This document shows, piece after piece, positions 49,801 through 61,089 of a stretch of 64,000 nucleotides of DNA. The notes beneath the pieces were generated by a model. It searched no databases and was not told where the DNA came from. It saw nothing but the letters and a program-made list of their open reading frames with translations. Source of the stretch: Nemertoderma westbladi. Its lineage: Eukaryota; Animalia; Xenacoelomorpha. Position 1 is the stretch's first letter. Each line of letters starts with the position of its first letter. Location of the stretch: NCBI GenBank assembly GCA_032718475.1, contig JAUCBJ010001286.1:1-64000 (forward strand), written 5' to 3'. A program made the translations under genes and the position numbers.

Positions 49801-52800
49801 AACCAATCAGTTGTATTTGTGGCCCCCATCACCTACCGGAGAACAGCTGAACCAATCAGTTGTGTTTGTGTCCCCCATCACTGGAGAATAGCTGAACCAA
49901 TCGGTTGTATTTGTGGCCCCCATCACTGGAGAATAGCTAAACCAATCGGTTGTATTTGTGGGCCCCATCACTGGAGAATAGCTGGACTGATCGGTTGTAT
50001 TTGTGTCCCCCATCACTGGAGAATAGCTGAACTGATCGGTTGTATTTGTGTCCCCCATCACTGGAGAATAGCTGAACTGATCGGTTGTATTTGTGTCCCC
50101 CATCACTGGAGAATAGCTGGACTGATCGGTTGTATTTATGTCCCCCATCACCTACCGGAGAACAGATGAACCAATCAGTTGTATTTGTGGCCCCCATCAC
50201 CTACCGGAGAACAGCTGAACCAATCAGTTGTGTTTGTGTCCCCCATCACTGGAGAATAGCTGGACTGATCAGTTGTATTTGTGTCCCCCATCACTGGAGA
50301 ACAGCTGAACTAATCAGTTGTATTTGTGTCCCCCATCACTGGAGAATAGCTGGACTGATCGGTTGTATTTGTGTCCCCCATCACTGGAGAATAGCTGAAC
50401 CGATCGGTTGTATTTGTGTCCCCCATCACTGGAGAACAGCTGAACCGATCGGTTGTATTTGTGTCCCCCATCACTGGAGAATAGCTGGACTGATCGGTTG
50501 TATTTGTGTCCCCCATCACTGGAGAATAGCTGAACCGATCGGTTGTATTTGTGTCCCCCATCACTGGAGAATAGCTGGACTGATCGGTTGTATTTGTGTC
50601 CCCCATCACTGGAGAATAGCTGAACCGATCGGTTGTATTTGTGTCCCCCATCACTGGAGAACAGCTGAACCGATCGGTTGTATTTGTGTCCCCCATCACT
50701 GGAGAATAGCTGGACTGATCGGTTGTATTTGTGTCCCCCATCACTGGAGAATAGCTGAACCGATCGGTTGTATTTGTGTCCCCCATCACTGGAGAATAGC
50801 TGGACTGATCGGTTGTATTTGTGTCCCCCATCACTGGAGAATAGCTGAACTGATCGGTTGTATTTGTGTCCCCCATCACTGGAGAATAGCTGAACCGATC
50901 GGTTGTATTTGTGTCCCCCATCACTGGAGAATAGCTGAACCGATCGGTTGTATTTGTGTCCCCCATCACTGGAGAATAGCTGAACTGATCGGTTGTATTT
51001 GTGTCCCCCATCACTGGAGAATAGCTGAACCGATCGGTTGTATTTGTGTCCCCCATCACTGGAGAATAGCTGAACTGATCGGTTGTATTTGTGTCCCCCA
51101 TCACTGGAGAATAGCTGAACCGATCGGTTGTATTTGTGTCCCCCATCACTGGAGAATAGCTGAACCGATCGGTTGTATTTGTGTCCCCCATCACTGGAGA
51201 ATAGCTGAACTGATCGGTTGTATTTGTGTCCCCCATCACTGGAGAATAGCTGGACTGATCGGTTGTATTTGTGTCCCCCATCACTGGAGAACAGCTGAAC
51301 TAATCAGTTGTATTTGTGTCCCCCATCACTGGAGAATAGCTGAACCGATCGGTTGTATTTGTGTCCCCCATCACTGGAGAATAGCTGAACCGATCGGTTG
51401 TATTTGTGTCCCCCATCACTGGAGAATAGCTGAACTGATCGGTTGTATTTGTGTCCCCCATCACTGGAGAATAGCTGGACTGATCGGTTGTATTTGTGTC
51501 CCCCATCACTGGAGAATAGCTGGACTGATCGGTTGTATTTGTGTCCCCCATCACTGGAGAATAGCTGAACCGATCGGTTGTATTTGTGTCCCCCATCACT
51601 GGAGAATAGCTGAACCGATCGGTTGTATTTGTGTCCCCCATCACTGGAGAATAGCTGAACTGATCGGTTGTATTTGTGTCCCCCATCACTGGAGAATAGC
51701 TGGACTGATCGGTTGTATTTGTGTCCCCCATCACTGGAGAATAGCTGGACTGATCGGTTGTATTTGTGTCCCCCATCACTGGAGAATAGCTGAACCGATC
51801 GGTTGTATTTGTGTCCCCCATCACTGGAGAATAGCTGAACCGATCGGTTGTATTTGTGTCCCCCATCACTGGAGAATAGCTGAACCGATCGGTTGTATTT
51901 GTGGTCCCCATCACTGGAGAATAGCTGAACCGATCGGTTGTATTTGTGTCCCCCATCACTGGAGAATAGCTGAACCGATCGGTTGTATTTGTGTCCCCCA
52001 TCACTGGAGAATAGCTGAACCGATCGGTTGTATTTGTGTCCCCCATCACTGGAGAATAGCTGAACTGATCGGTTGTATTTGTGTCCCCCATCACTGGAGA
52101 ATAGCTGAACCGATCGGTTGTATTTGTGTCCCCCATCACTGGAGAATAGCTGAACTGATCGGTTGTATTTGTGTCCCCCATCACTGGAGAATAGCTGAAC
52201 CGATCGGTTGTATTTGTGTCCCCCATCACTGGAGAATAGCTGAACTGATCGGTTGTATTTGTGTCCCCCATCACTGGAGAATAGCTGGACTGATCGGTTG
52301 TATTTGTGTCCCCCATCACTGGAGAACAGCTGAACCGATCGGTTGTATTTGTGTCCCCCATCACTGGAGAATAGCTGAACTGATCGGTTGTATTTGTGTC
52401 CCCCATCACTGGAGAATAGCTGGACTGATCGGTTGTATTTGTGTCCCCCATCACTGGAGAACAGCTGAACTAATCAGTTGTATTTGTGTCCCCCATCACT
52501 GGAGAATAGCTGAACCGATCGGTTGTATTTGTGTCCCCCATCACTGGAGAATAGCTGGACTGATCGGTTGTATTTGTGTCCCCCATCACTGGAGAACAGC
52601 TGAACTAATCAGTTGTATTTGTGTCCCCCATCACTGGAGAATAGCTGGACTGATCGGTTGTATTTGTGTCCCCCATCACTGGAGAACAGCTGAACTAATC
52701 AGTTGTATTTGTGTCCCCCATCACTGGAGAATAGCTGAACCGATCGGTTGTATTTGTGTCCCCCATCACTGGAGAATAGCTGGACTGATCGGTTGTATTT

Positions 52801-55800
52801 GTGTCCCCCATCACTGGAGAATAGCTGAACCAATCGGTTGTATTTGTGTCCCCCATCACTGGAGAATAGCTGAACCGATCGGTTGTATTTGTGTCCCCCA
52901 TCACTGGAGAATAGCTGAACTGATCGGTTGTATTTGTGTCCCCCATCACTGGAGAATAGCTGGACTGATCGGTTGTATTTGTGTCCCCCATCACTGGAGA
53001 ATAGCTGGACTGATCGGTTGTATTTGTGTCCCCCATCACTGGAGAATAGCTGAACCGATCGGTTGTATTTGTGTCCCCCATCACTGGAGAATAGCTGAAC
53101 CGATCGGTTGTATTTGTGTCCCCCATCACTGGAGAATAGCTGAACTGATCGGTTGTATTTGTGTCCCCCATCACTGGAGAATAGCTGGACTGATCGGTTG
53201 TATTTGTGTCCCCCATCACTGGAGAATAGCTGGACTGATCGGTTGTATTTGTGTCCCCCATCACTGGAGAATAGCTGAACCGATCGGTTGTATTTGTGTC
53301 CCCCATCACTGGAGAATAGCTGAACCGATCGGTTGTATTTGTGTCCCCCATCACTGGAGAATAGCTGAACCGATCGGTTGTATTTGTGGTCCCCCATCAC
53401 TGGAGAATAGCTGAACCGATCGGTTGTATTTGTGTCCCCCATCACTGGAGAATAGCTGAACCGATCGGTTGTATTTGTGTCCCCCATCACTGGAGAATAG
53501 CTGAACCGATCGGTTGTATTTGTGTCCCCCATCACTGGAGAATAGCTGAACTGATCGGTTGTATTTGTGTCCCCCATCACTGGAGAATAGCTGAACCGAT
53601 CGGTTGTATTTGTGTCCCCCATCACTGGAGAATAGCTGAACTGATCGGTTGTATTTGTGTCCCCCATCACTGGAGAATAGCTGAACCGATCGGTTGTATT
53701 TGTGTCCCCCATCACTGGAGAATAGCTGAACTGATCGGTTGTATTTGTGTCCCCCATCACTGGAGAATAGCTGGACTGATCGGTTGTATTTGTGTCCCCC
53801 ATCACTGGAGAACAGCTGAACCGATCGGTTGTATTTGTGTCCCCCATCACTGGAGAATAGCTGAACTGATCGGTTGTATTTGTGTCCCCCATCACTGGAG
53901 AATAGCTGGACTGATCGGTTGTATTTGTGTCCCCCATCACTGGAGAACAGCTGAACTAATCAGTTGTATTTGTGTCCCCCATCACTGGAGAATAGCTGAA
54001 CCGATCGGTTGTATTTGTGTCCCCCATCACTGGAGAATAGCTGGACTGATCGGTTGTATTTGTGTCCCCCATCACTGGAGAACAGCTGAACTAATCAGTT
54101 GTATTTGTGTCCCCCATCACTGGAGAATAGCTGGACTGATCGGTTGTATTTGTGTCCCCCATCACTGGAGAACAGCTGAACTAATCAGTTGTATTTGTGT
54201 CCCCCATCACTGGAGAATAGCTGAACCGATCGGTTGTATTTGTGTCCCCCATCACTGGAGAATAGCTGGACTGATCGGTTGTATTTGTGTCCCCCATCAC
54301 TGGAGAATAGCTGAACCAATCGGTTGTATTTGTGTCCCCCATCACTGGAGAATAGCTGAACCGATCGGTTGTATTTGTGTCCCCCATCACTGGAGAATAG
54401 CTGGACTGATCGGTTGTATTTGTGTCCCCCATCACTGGAGAATAGCTGAACCGATCGGTTGTATTTGTGTCCCCCATCACTGGAGAATAGCTGGACTGAT
54501 CGGTTGTATTTGTGTCCCCCATCACTGGAGAATAGCTGAACCGATCGGTTGTATTTGTGTCCCCCATCACTGGAGAATAGCTGGACTGATCGGTTGTATT
54601 TGTGTCCCCCATCACTGGAGAATAGCTGAACCGATCGGTTGTATTTGTGTCCCCCATCACTGGAGAATAGCTGGACTGATCGGTTGTATTTGTGTCCCCC
54701 ATCACTGGAGAATAGCTGAACCGATCGGTTGTATTTGTGTCCCCCATCACTGGAGAACAGCTGAACTAATCAGTTGTATTTGTGTCCCCCATCACTGGAG
54801 AATAGCTGGACTGATCGGTTGTATTTGTGTCCCCCATCACTGGAGAATAGCTGAACCAATCGGTTGTATTTGTGTCCCCCATCACTGGAGAATAGCTGGA
54901 CTGATCGGTTGTATTTGTGTCCCCCATCACTGGAGAACAGCTGAACTAATCAGTTGTATTTGTGTCCCCCATCACTGGAGAATAGCTGAACCGATCGGTT
55001 GTATTTGTGTCCCCCATCACTGGAGAATAGCTGGACTGATCGGTTGTATTTGTGTCCCCCATCACTGGAGAACAGCTGAACTAATCAGTTGTATTTGTGT
55101 CCCCCATCACTGGAGAATAGCTGGACTGATCGGTTGTATTTGTGTCCCCCATCACTGGAGAATAGCTGAACTGATCGGTTGTATTTGTGTCCCCCATCAC
55201 CTACCGGAGAACAGATGAACCAATCAGTTGTATGGCCCCCATCACCTACCGGAGAACAGCTGAACCAATCAGTTGTGTTTGTGTCCCCCATCACTGGAGA
55301 ATAGCTGAACCGATCGGTTGTATTTGTGTCCCCCATCACTGGAGAATAGCTGAACCGATCGGTTGTATTTGTGTCCCCCATCACTGGAGAATAGCTGAAC
55401 CGATCGGTTGTATTTGTGTCCCCCATCACTGGAGAATAGCTGAACCGATCGGTTGTATTTGTGTCCCCCATCACTGGAGAATAGCTGAACCGATCGGTTG
55501 TATTTGTGTCCCCCATCACTGGAGAATAGCTGAACCGATCGGTTGTATTTGTGTCCCCCATCACTGGAGAATAGCTGAACCGATCGGTTGTATTTGTGTC
55601 CCCCATCACTGGAGAATAGCTGAACCGATCGGTTGTATTTGTGTCCCCCATCACTGGAGAATAGCTGAACCAATCAGTTGTGTTTGTGTCCCCCATCACT
55701 GGAGAATAGCTGAACCGATCGGTTGTATTTGTGTCCCCCATCACTGGAGAATAGCTGAACCGATCGGTTGTATTTGTGTCCCCCATCACTGGAGAATAGC

Positions 55801-56822
55801 TGAACCGATCGGTTGTATTTGTGTCCCCCATCACTGGAGAATAGCTGAACCGATCGGTTGTATTTGTGTCCCCCATCACTGGAGAACAGCTGAACTAATC
55901 AGTTGTATTTGTGTCCCCCATCACCTACCGGAAAATAGCTGAACCGATCGGTTGTATTTGTGTCCCACATCACTGGAGAATAGCTGAACCGATCGGTTGT
56001 ATTTGTGTCCCCCATCACTGGAGAATAGCTGAACCGATCGGTTGTGTTTGTGTCCCCCATCACTGGAGAATAGCTGAACCGATCGGTTGTATTTGTGTCC
56101 CCCATCACTGGAGAACAGCTGAACTAATCAGTTGTATTTGTGTCCCCCATCACCTACCGGAAAATAGCTGAACCGATCGGTTGTATTTGTGTCCCACATC
56201 ACTGGAGAATAGCTGAACCGATCGGTTGTATTTGTGTCCCCCATCACTGGAGAATAGCTGAACCTATCGGTTGTATTTGTGTCCCCCATCACTGGAGAAT
56301 AGCTGAACCGATCGGTTGTATTTGTGTCCCACATCACTGGAGAATAGCTGAACCGATCGGTTGTATTTGTGTCCCCCATCACTGGAGAATAGCTGAACCG
56401 ATCGGTTGTGTTTGTGTCCCCCATCACTGGAGAATAGCTGGACTGATCGGTTGTATTTGTGTCCCCCATCACTGGAGAATAGCTGAACTGATCGGTTGTA
56501 TTTGTGTCCCCCATCACTGGAGAATAGCTGAACCAATCGGTTGTATTTGTGGCCCCCATCACTGGAGAATAGCTGAACTGATCGGTTGTATTTGTGTCCC
56601 CCATCACCTACCGGAGAACAGATGAACCAATCAGTTGTATTTGTGGCCCCCATCACCTACCGGAGAACAGCTGAACCAATCAGTTGTGTTTGTGTCCCCC
56701 ATCACTGGAGAATAGCTGAACCGATCGGTTGTATTTGTGTCCCCCATCACCGGAGAATAGCTGAACCTATCGGTTGTATTTTTGTGGCCCCCATCACCTA
56801 CCAGAGAACAGCTGTACCGATT
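43876..56822 (+). repeat. ~13-kb satellite array of 45-bp units with 49/51-bp variants
   Basis: Consensus CACTGGAGAATAGCTGAACCGATCGGTTGTATTTGTGTCCCCCAT. Variants carry CACCTACCGG and TATTATTG. Confidence 0.98.
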
Positions 56823-56849
56823 TATGGAACGCCAATAGCGCCATAATGT

Positions 56850-58465
56850 TACTACCAACTAATAGTTGGTAGCTACTTTTTTGTTATTGGCCAGTTTATT
56901 TTAGCCAATAGGAAAAAAGTACCTACCATCTATTTAGCCAATAGGACAAAAGTACCTACCAACTAGTTGGTAGCCACATTTTTTTTATTGGTTAGTTTAT
57001 ATTATAGCCAATAGGAAAAAAGTACCTACCATCTATTTAGCCAATAGGAAAAAAGTACCTACCAACTAGTTGGTAGCTACATTTTTGTTATTGGCAATTT
57101 ATTTTAGCCAATAGGAAAAAAGTACCTGCCATCTATTTAGCCAATAATAGGAAAAAAGTACCTACGAACTAGTTGGTAGCTACATTTTTGTTATTGGTTA
57201 CTACTAGGATCGGCATGCTGCATTGCAGCTGCATTTTTAAGAATGCTGTGCCGGCTTATCGACAAAATTGCACCGCCACAACTCCCTATCACCCATGACA
57301 TTTGCTAGATCATCCGCATCTTCAAGGCCAGTGTCCTTTAAGATGCGTCTCAAGAAAGTCATGGGCTGTCCACCATGCTTATTCACTCCATGAGGCTGCC
57401 AAAGTACAAGATTATGCACTGGCTGGTCCTCACGCCGAAAGCAATGTCCTGCAAAGCGGAGGCGATTTTGTTCTAGTGTCAAGCTTGGGGGAACCAATGA
57501 GACACCTCCAATGTTATATAGTGTCTGGTTGGAGATGTGTGCATTGTACTTGACACAATAAACCCGGCGTAGCATTCTTGTGAATGTGCCATCCAGAGAT
57601 TTGGTGTCCTCAGCAGTTAGAGCCCAGCATGGACTCCCATAGAGGAGTACTGGAACTACTGCTGCTCTAAATAATCGGACCTTAAGTTTCCGATTAATTC
57701 TCGGTGACTTCCAAATCCTGGAAAGCCTATTCAAGGCTGCCCATGCCTTTCCCTTACGTATTCGAAGGTCCTCACCTGACTTCCGGATCCATGATCCAAG
57801 GTAACAGAAGTCATCCACATGCTCAAGCATACCATCTTTTGAGCTTATGCTCATCCGATCAGAGACTTGCTGAGGACTTTCAAAGTTAACTGTCAAAATT
57901 TTGGTCTTTCTGGAGTTAATAAAAAGACCAACACTAGAAGCAGCATGTTCTAATGAGCTGAGGAGCCGTTGGGCTCCCTCTAGTGATTCTGAGAGTACTC
58001 CCAAGTCATCAGCCAAAGTCTAGATCTGTTAAGTACTTGGCAGGATTTCCTCGACTTCTGGAGCCAGTAGGTGGAGTTATCATCACCCCATCATCATTAT
58101 GATGATCTAAGGACATGCGTAGAATCTAGTCAACAACAATTATGAACAAGAATGGTGCAAGTGTGTCTCCCTGGAGGACGCCCCATAACACTTCATATGG
58201 TTCTGTGTCACCGTCAATTGTTATTGGTTAGTTTATTATAGCCAATAAGAAAAAAGTACCTACTATCTATGTATTTAGCCAATAGGAAAAAAATACCTAC
58301 CAACTAGTTGGTAGTTACATTTTTGTTATTGGCCAGTTTATTTTAGCCAATAGGAAAAAAGTACCTACCATCTATTTAGCCAATAGGAAAAAAGTACCTA
58401 CCAACTAGTTGGTAGCTACATTTTTGTTATTGGCCAGTTTATTTTAGCCAATAGGAAAAAAGTAT
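56850..58465 (+). repeat. ~100-bp subterminal tandem repeats with palindrome CTACCAACTAGTTGGTAG and repeated AGCCAATAGG, split by an RTE insertion
   Basis: Units at ~56850-57200 and ~58218-58465. Confidence 0.85.
57201..58217 (-). mobile_element. 5'-truncated RTE LINE (family B) with TAG tail and 13-bp TSD; contains the 259-aa RT C-terminal ORF 57237-58016
   Basis: ADDLGVL, VDDFCYLGSWI, VLLYGSPCW and RLRFAGHCFR, with GVLQGDTLAPFLFI upstream. TSD TTGTTATTGGTTA at 57188-57200 and 58218-58230. Confidence 0.9.
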
Positions 58466-58540
58466 AGGCATACATACAAGGAGCTACAGTAGTTCAGTAT
58501 TTTACAGTACATTCATGCATAAAAGAGGCATAATAAGATA

Positions 58541-59672
58541 ATGTGCGGCCGGCCAGCCCTCAGTGTAGACACAGAAAGACTTAGACAACTTAGAAACTTA
58601 CAGTTCAATAATGGGACTGTTGCGGAAGCTCTCGGTGTTAGCAAATGGACCGTAGTTAGACGAATTTCAGACCTGGGTCTGGGGCGATATACAGACATTT
58701 CTCACGATGCATTGGATAACACTATACGAGAAATAACTCATATAACTCCAAACATAGATGAAGTATACTTAAATGGTGCCTTGCGTTCTAGAGGCATAAA
58801 TATTCAAAGTTCGCCAACGTTTGAACATTGTTGATCCCATGGGAAGACATATTAGATCCCATACAACCATTAAACGGCGGGTTTATGACGTGATGAAAGC
58901 CAATCTACTGTGGCATGTTGACACAGACCATAAACTCATAAGCTGTCGATTCGTAATACACGGCACTATCGACGGCTACAGTAGGTTAGTGACCTCCCTT
59001 GAAGTCTGCGATATCAATGAGGATCACATTGCACTTAAATTTTTTCAAGCGGCAGTTACTGAATATGGATTACCGCTAAGAGTTCGTGGCGATCGTGGAG
59101 TTGAAAACTTTGACATCGCAAGATTCATGATGCTTAATCGTGGCCTTAGTAATAATAGTTTCATACCGGGGAGAAGCATTCATAACCAACGTATAGAAAG
59201 ACTCTGGGGTGAAATAAATCGTGTTGTAGTTAGAGATTATAAACCATTGTTTGAGCGACTGGAAGATGAAGGTTGCCTAGATTGCCATGTAGAATTACAT
59301 TTATTTGCTCTACATTTCGTCTACCTACCGCGAATTAAACGTTCTATTTCCGAGCTCCGTAATCAGCTCAACAATCACAGACTACGAACAATGCGCAATC
59401 GATCGTCAAGACAGATGTGGATGCAAAGCATAGTTGGAGATAATACTCCACTTCTAAATACTAACCTGATTCAGTTGGATGATGTGATGTCTATGGTGTA
59501 GGTCAAGTTATTGATGGATGCCCATGATGGCATCATTGTCCCTCGCATAGAATTTGATCCCCCAGCGCAATCAATCACAGCGTTGAACATTTTTAACCGC
59601 CTACGCGATGATAGTTGGTTCGGCATGGAAACATACAAACAAGTTAGAGAAATTATTCGCAACAATAATTAA
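58541..59672 (+). pseudogene. HTH plus integrase-core (rve) transposase, frameshifted
   Basis: HTH VAEALGVSKWTVVRRI in one frame. LWHVDTDHKL..VIHGTIDGYSR, RVRGDRGVEN and GRSIHNQRIERLW in another. Stop at 59499-59501, followed by a further C-terminal-like segment ending 59672. Confidence 0.85.
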
Positions 59673-60496
59673 CAAACAAAACTTATACTCATACGGTTTC
59701 TCTTATTGTTCATGAATTGTCATTGTTGGAATTATTAGTCATCCGGCCTTATTATCGTGAAACACTTTTAAACAAACTTCAAACATACCCCCCCCCCCCC
59801 CCCCCCCTACTTTGTATGAATAATTAAAATGTGAATAATTCATTATTGTTTCTGCCACTGTCTTTTAAATGATGAAAATGTGGAAGTTATAGAAGTGCCG
59901 AACTGAAAGCCTCTGCTATTGGTTGTTACTCTTGGCAACAGGTTTGTACAGAAGACCAGAATATGCACCTTTGTTTGATAAACGCCAGACACCAAAAATT
60001 TTTCTAACTGTAGTGTGATTGGATGTAAAACATTATGGCTTTAACCGGCTTTTACGCGTCAAATACGCGTTACTATTGAATTAAAGATAACACCAGAAAT
60101 GAAATCACCGACTTTAAAAACCCCCAGAGTGAAAATTTTAGTTACGTAGTGTGCTTCGTTATGTTTTTGAGAGACAGACCGACAGACAAACTAGATTACG
60201 TCAAATTTGAAAACTGACTCCAGAAATTAAAATTATGTAAACAAGATACAGAAAATCCGATGTTTTTTGTGGAAATAAATGATAATCCGAAGCATTTTCA
60301 ATTCACTGGGCCATAAGATATTGACTTGAAATTCAGTCTAAGAACATGCTTCATCCCTTTTTGGTCGGTTTCTATATGAACTGCCACATATGGTATAATT
60401 TTGTAAATTCGATCTACTTTTGGGGGTTTAAATTATTGTGTAGGTGCATAAATTATATTTCCATTGCATCTCATTTAGTGCGTCAAAAATCTCAAA

Positions 60497-60938
60497 GTTG
60501 TATTATTGTGGTCCCCATCACCTACCGGAGAACAGCTGAACTGATCGGTTGTATTATTGTGGCCTCCATCACCTACCGGAGAATAGCTGAACCAATCGGT
60601 TGTATTATTGTGGCCCCCGCCACATAGTGGTGAATAGCTGAACTGATGAGCTGCATTTGTGGCCCCCATCACCTACCAGAGAATAGGCTGAACTGATCGG
60701 TTGTATTTGTGGCCCCAATCACATACCGGAGAACAGCTGAACCAATCAGTTGTATTTGTGGCCCCCATCACCTACCGGAGAATAGCTGAACCGATTGGTT
60801 GTATTTGTGGCCCCATCACCTACCGGAGAATAGCTGAACCAATCGGTTGTATTATTGTGGCCCCCATCACCTACCGGTGAATAGCTGAACCTATCAGTTG
60901 TATTTGCTGAAACGATCGGTTGTATTATTGTGGCCCCT
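60497..60938 (+). repeat. Second short array of the same satellite (mainly 49/51-bp variants)
   Basis: Same unit as 43876-56822, same orientation, more diverged. Confidence 0.92.
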
Positions 60939-61089
60939 GTTATCTTGCAGAGAATTAATACCTGAACAGAATGGTTAATAAATAGTAACAAAAATATATT
61001 ATCATCTGGATTTTATACGATCATAATTAACAGAACTACAGTGAATTTTTAAAAAATAATACATATTTCTTTACTGGCTCACTGTTACT

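Larger units (their letters stand above)
56823..59672 (+). mobile_element. Decayed IS3EU-like DDE/integrase DNA transposon (left end present, right end not found)
   Basis: The satellite stops abruptly at TATGGAACGCC (TAYGG-type terminus). It is followed by subterminal ~100-bp repeats and an integrase-core gene. Confidence 0.6.

Noticed and set aside
43876-56822. CRISPR-like array, or dozens of genes in the satellite
   Set aside because: Units are contiguous with no unique spacers, there are no cas genes and the context is eukaryotic. The ORFs follow from the 45-bp period.
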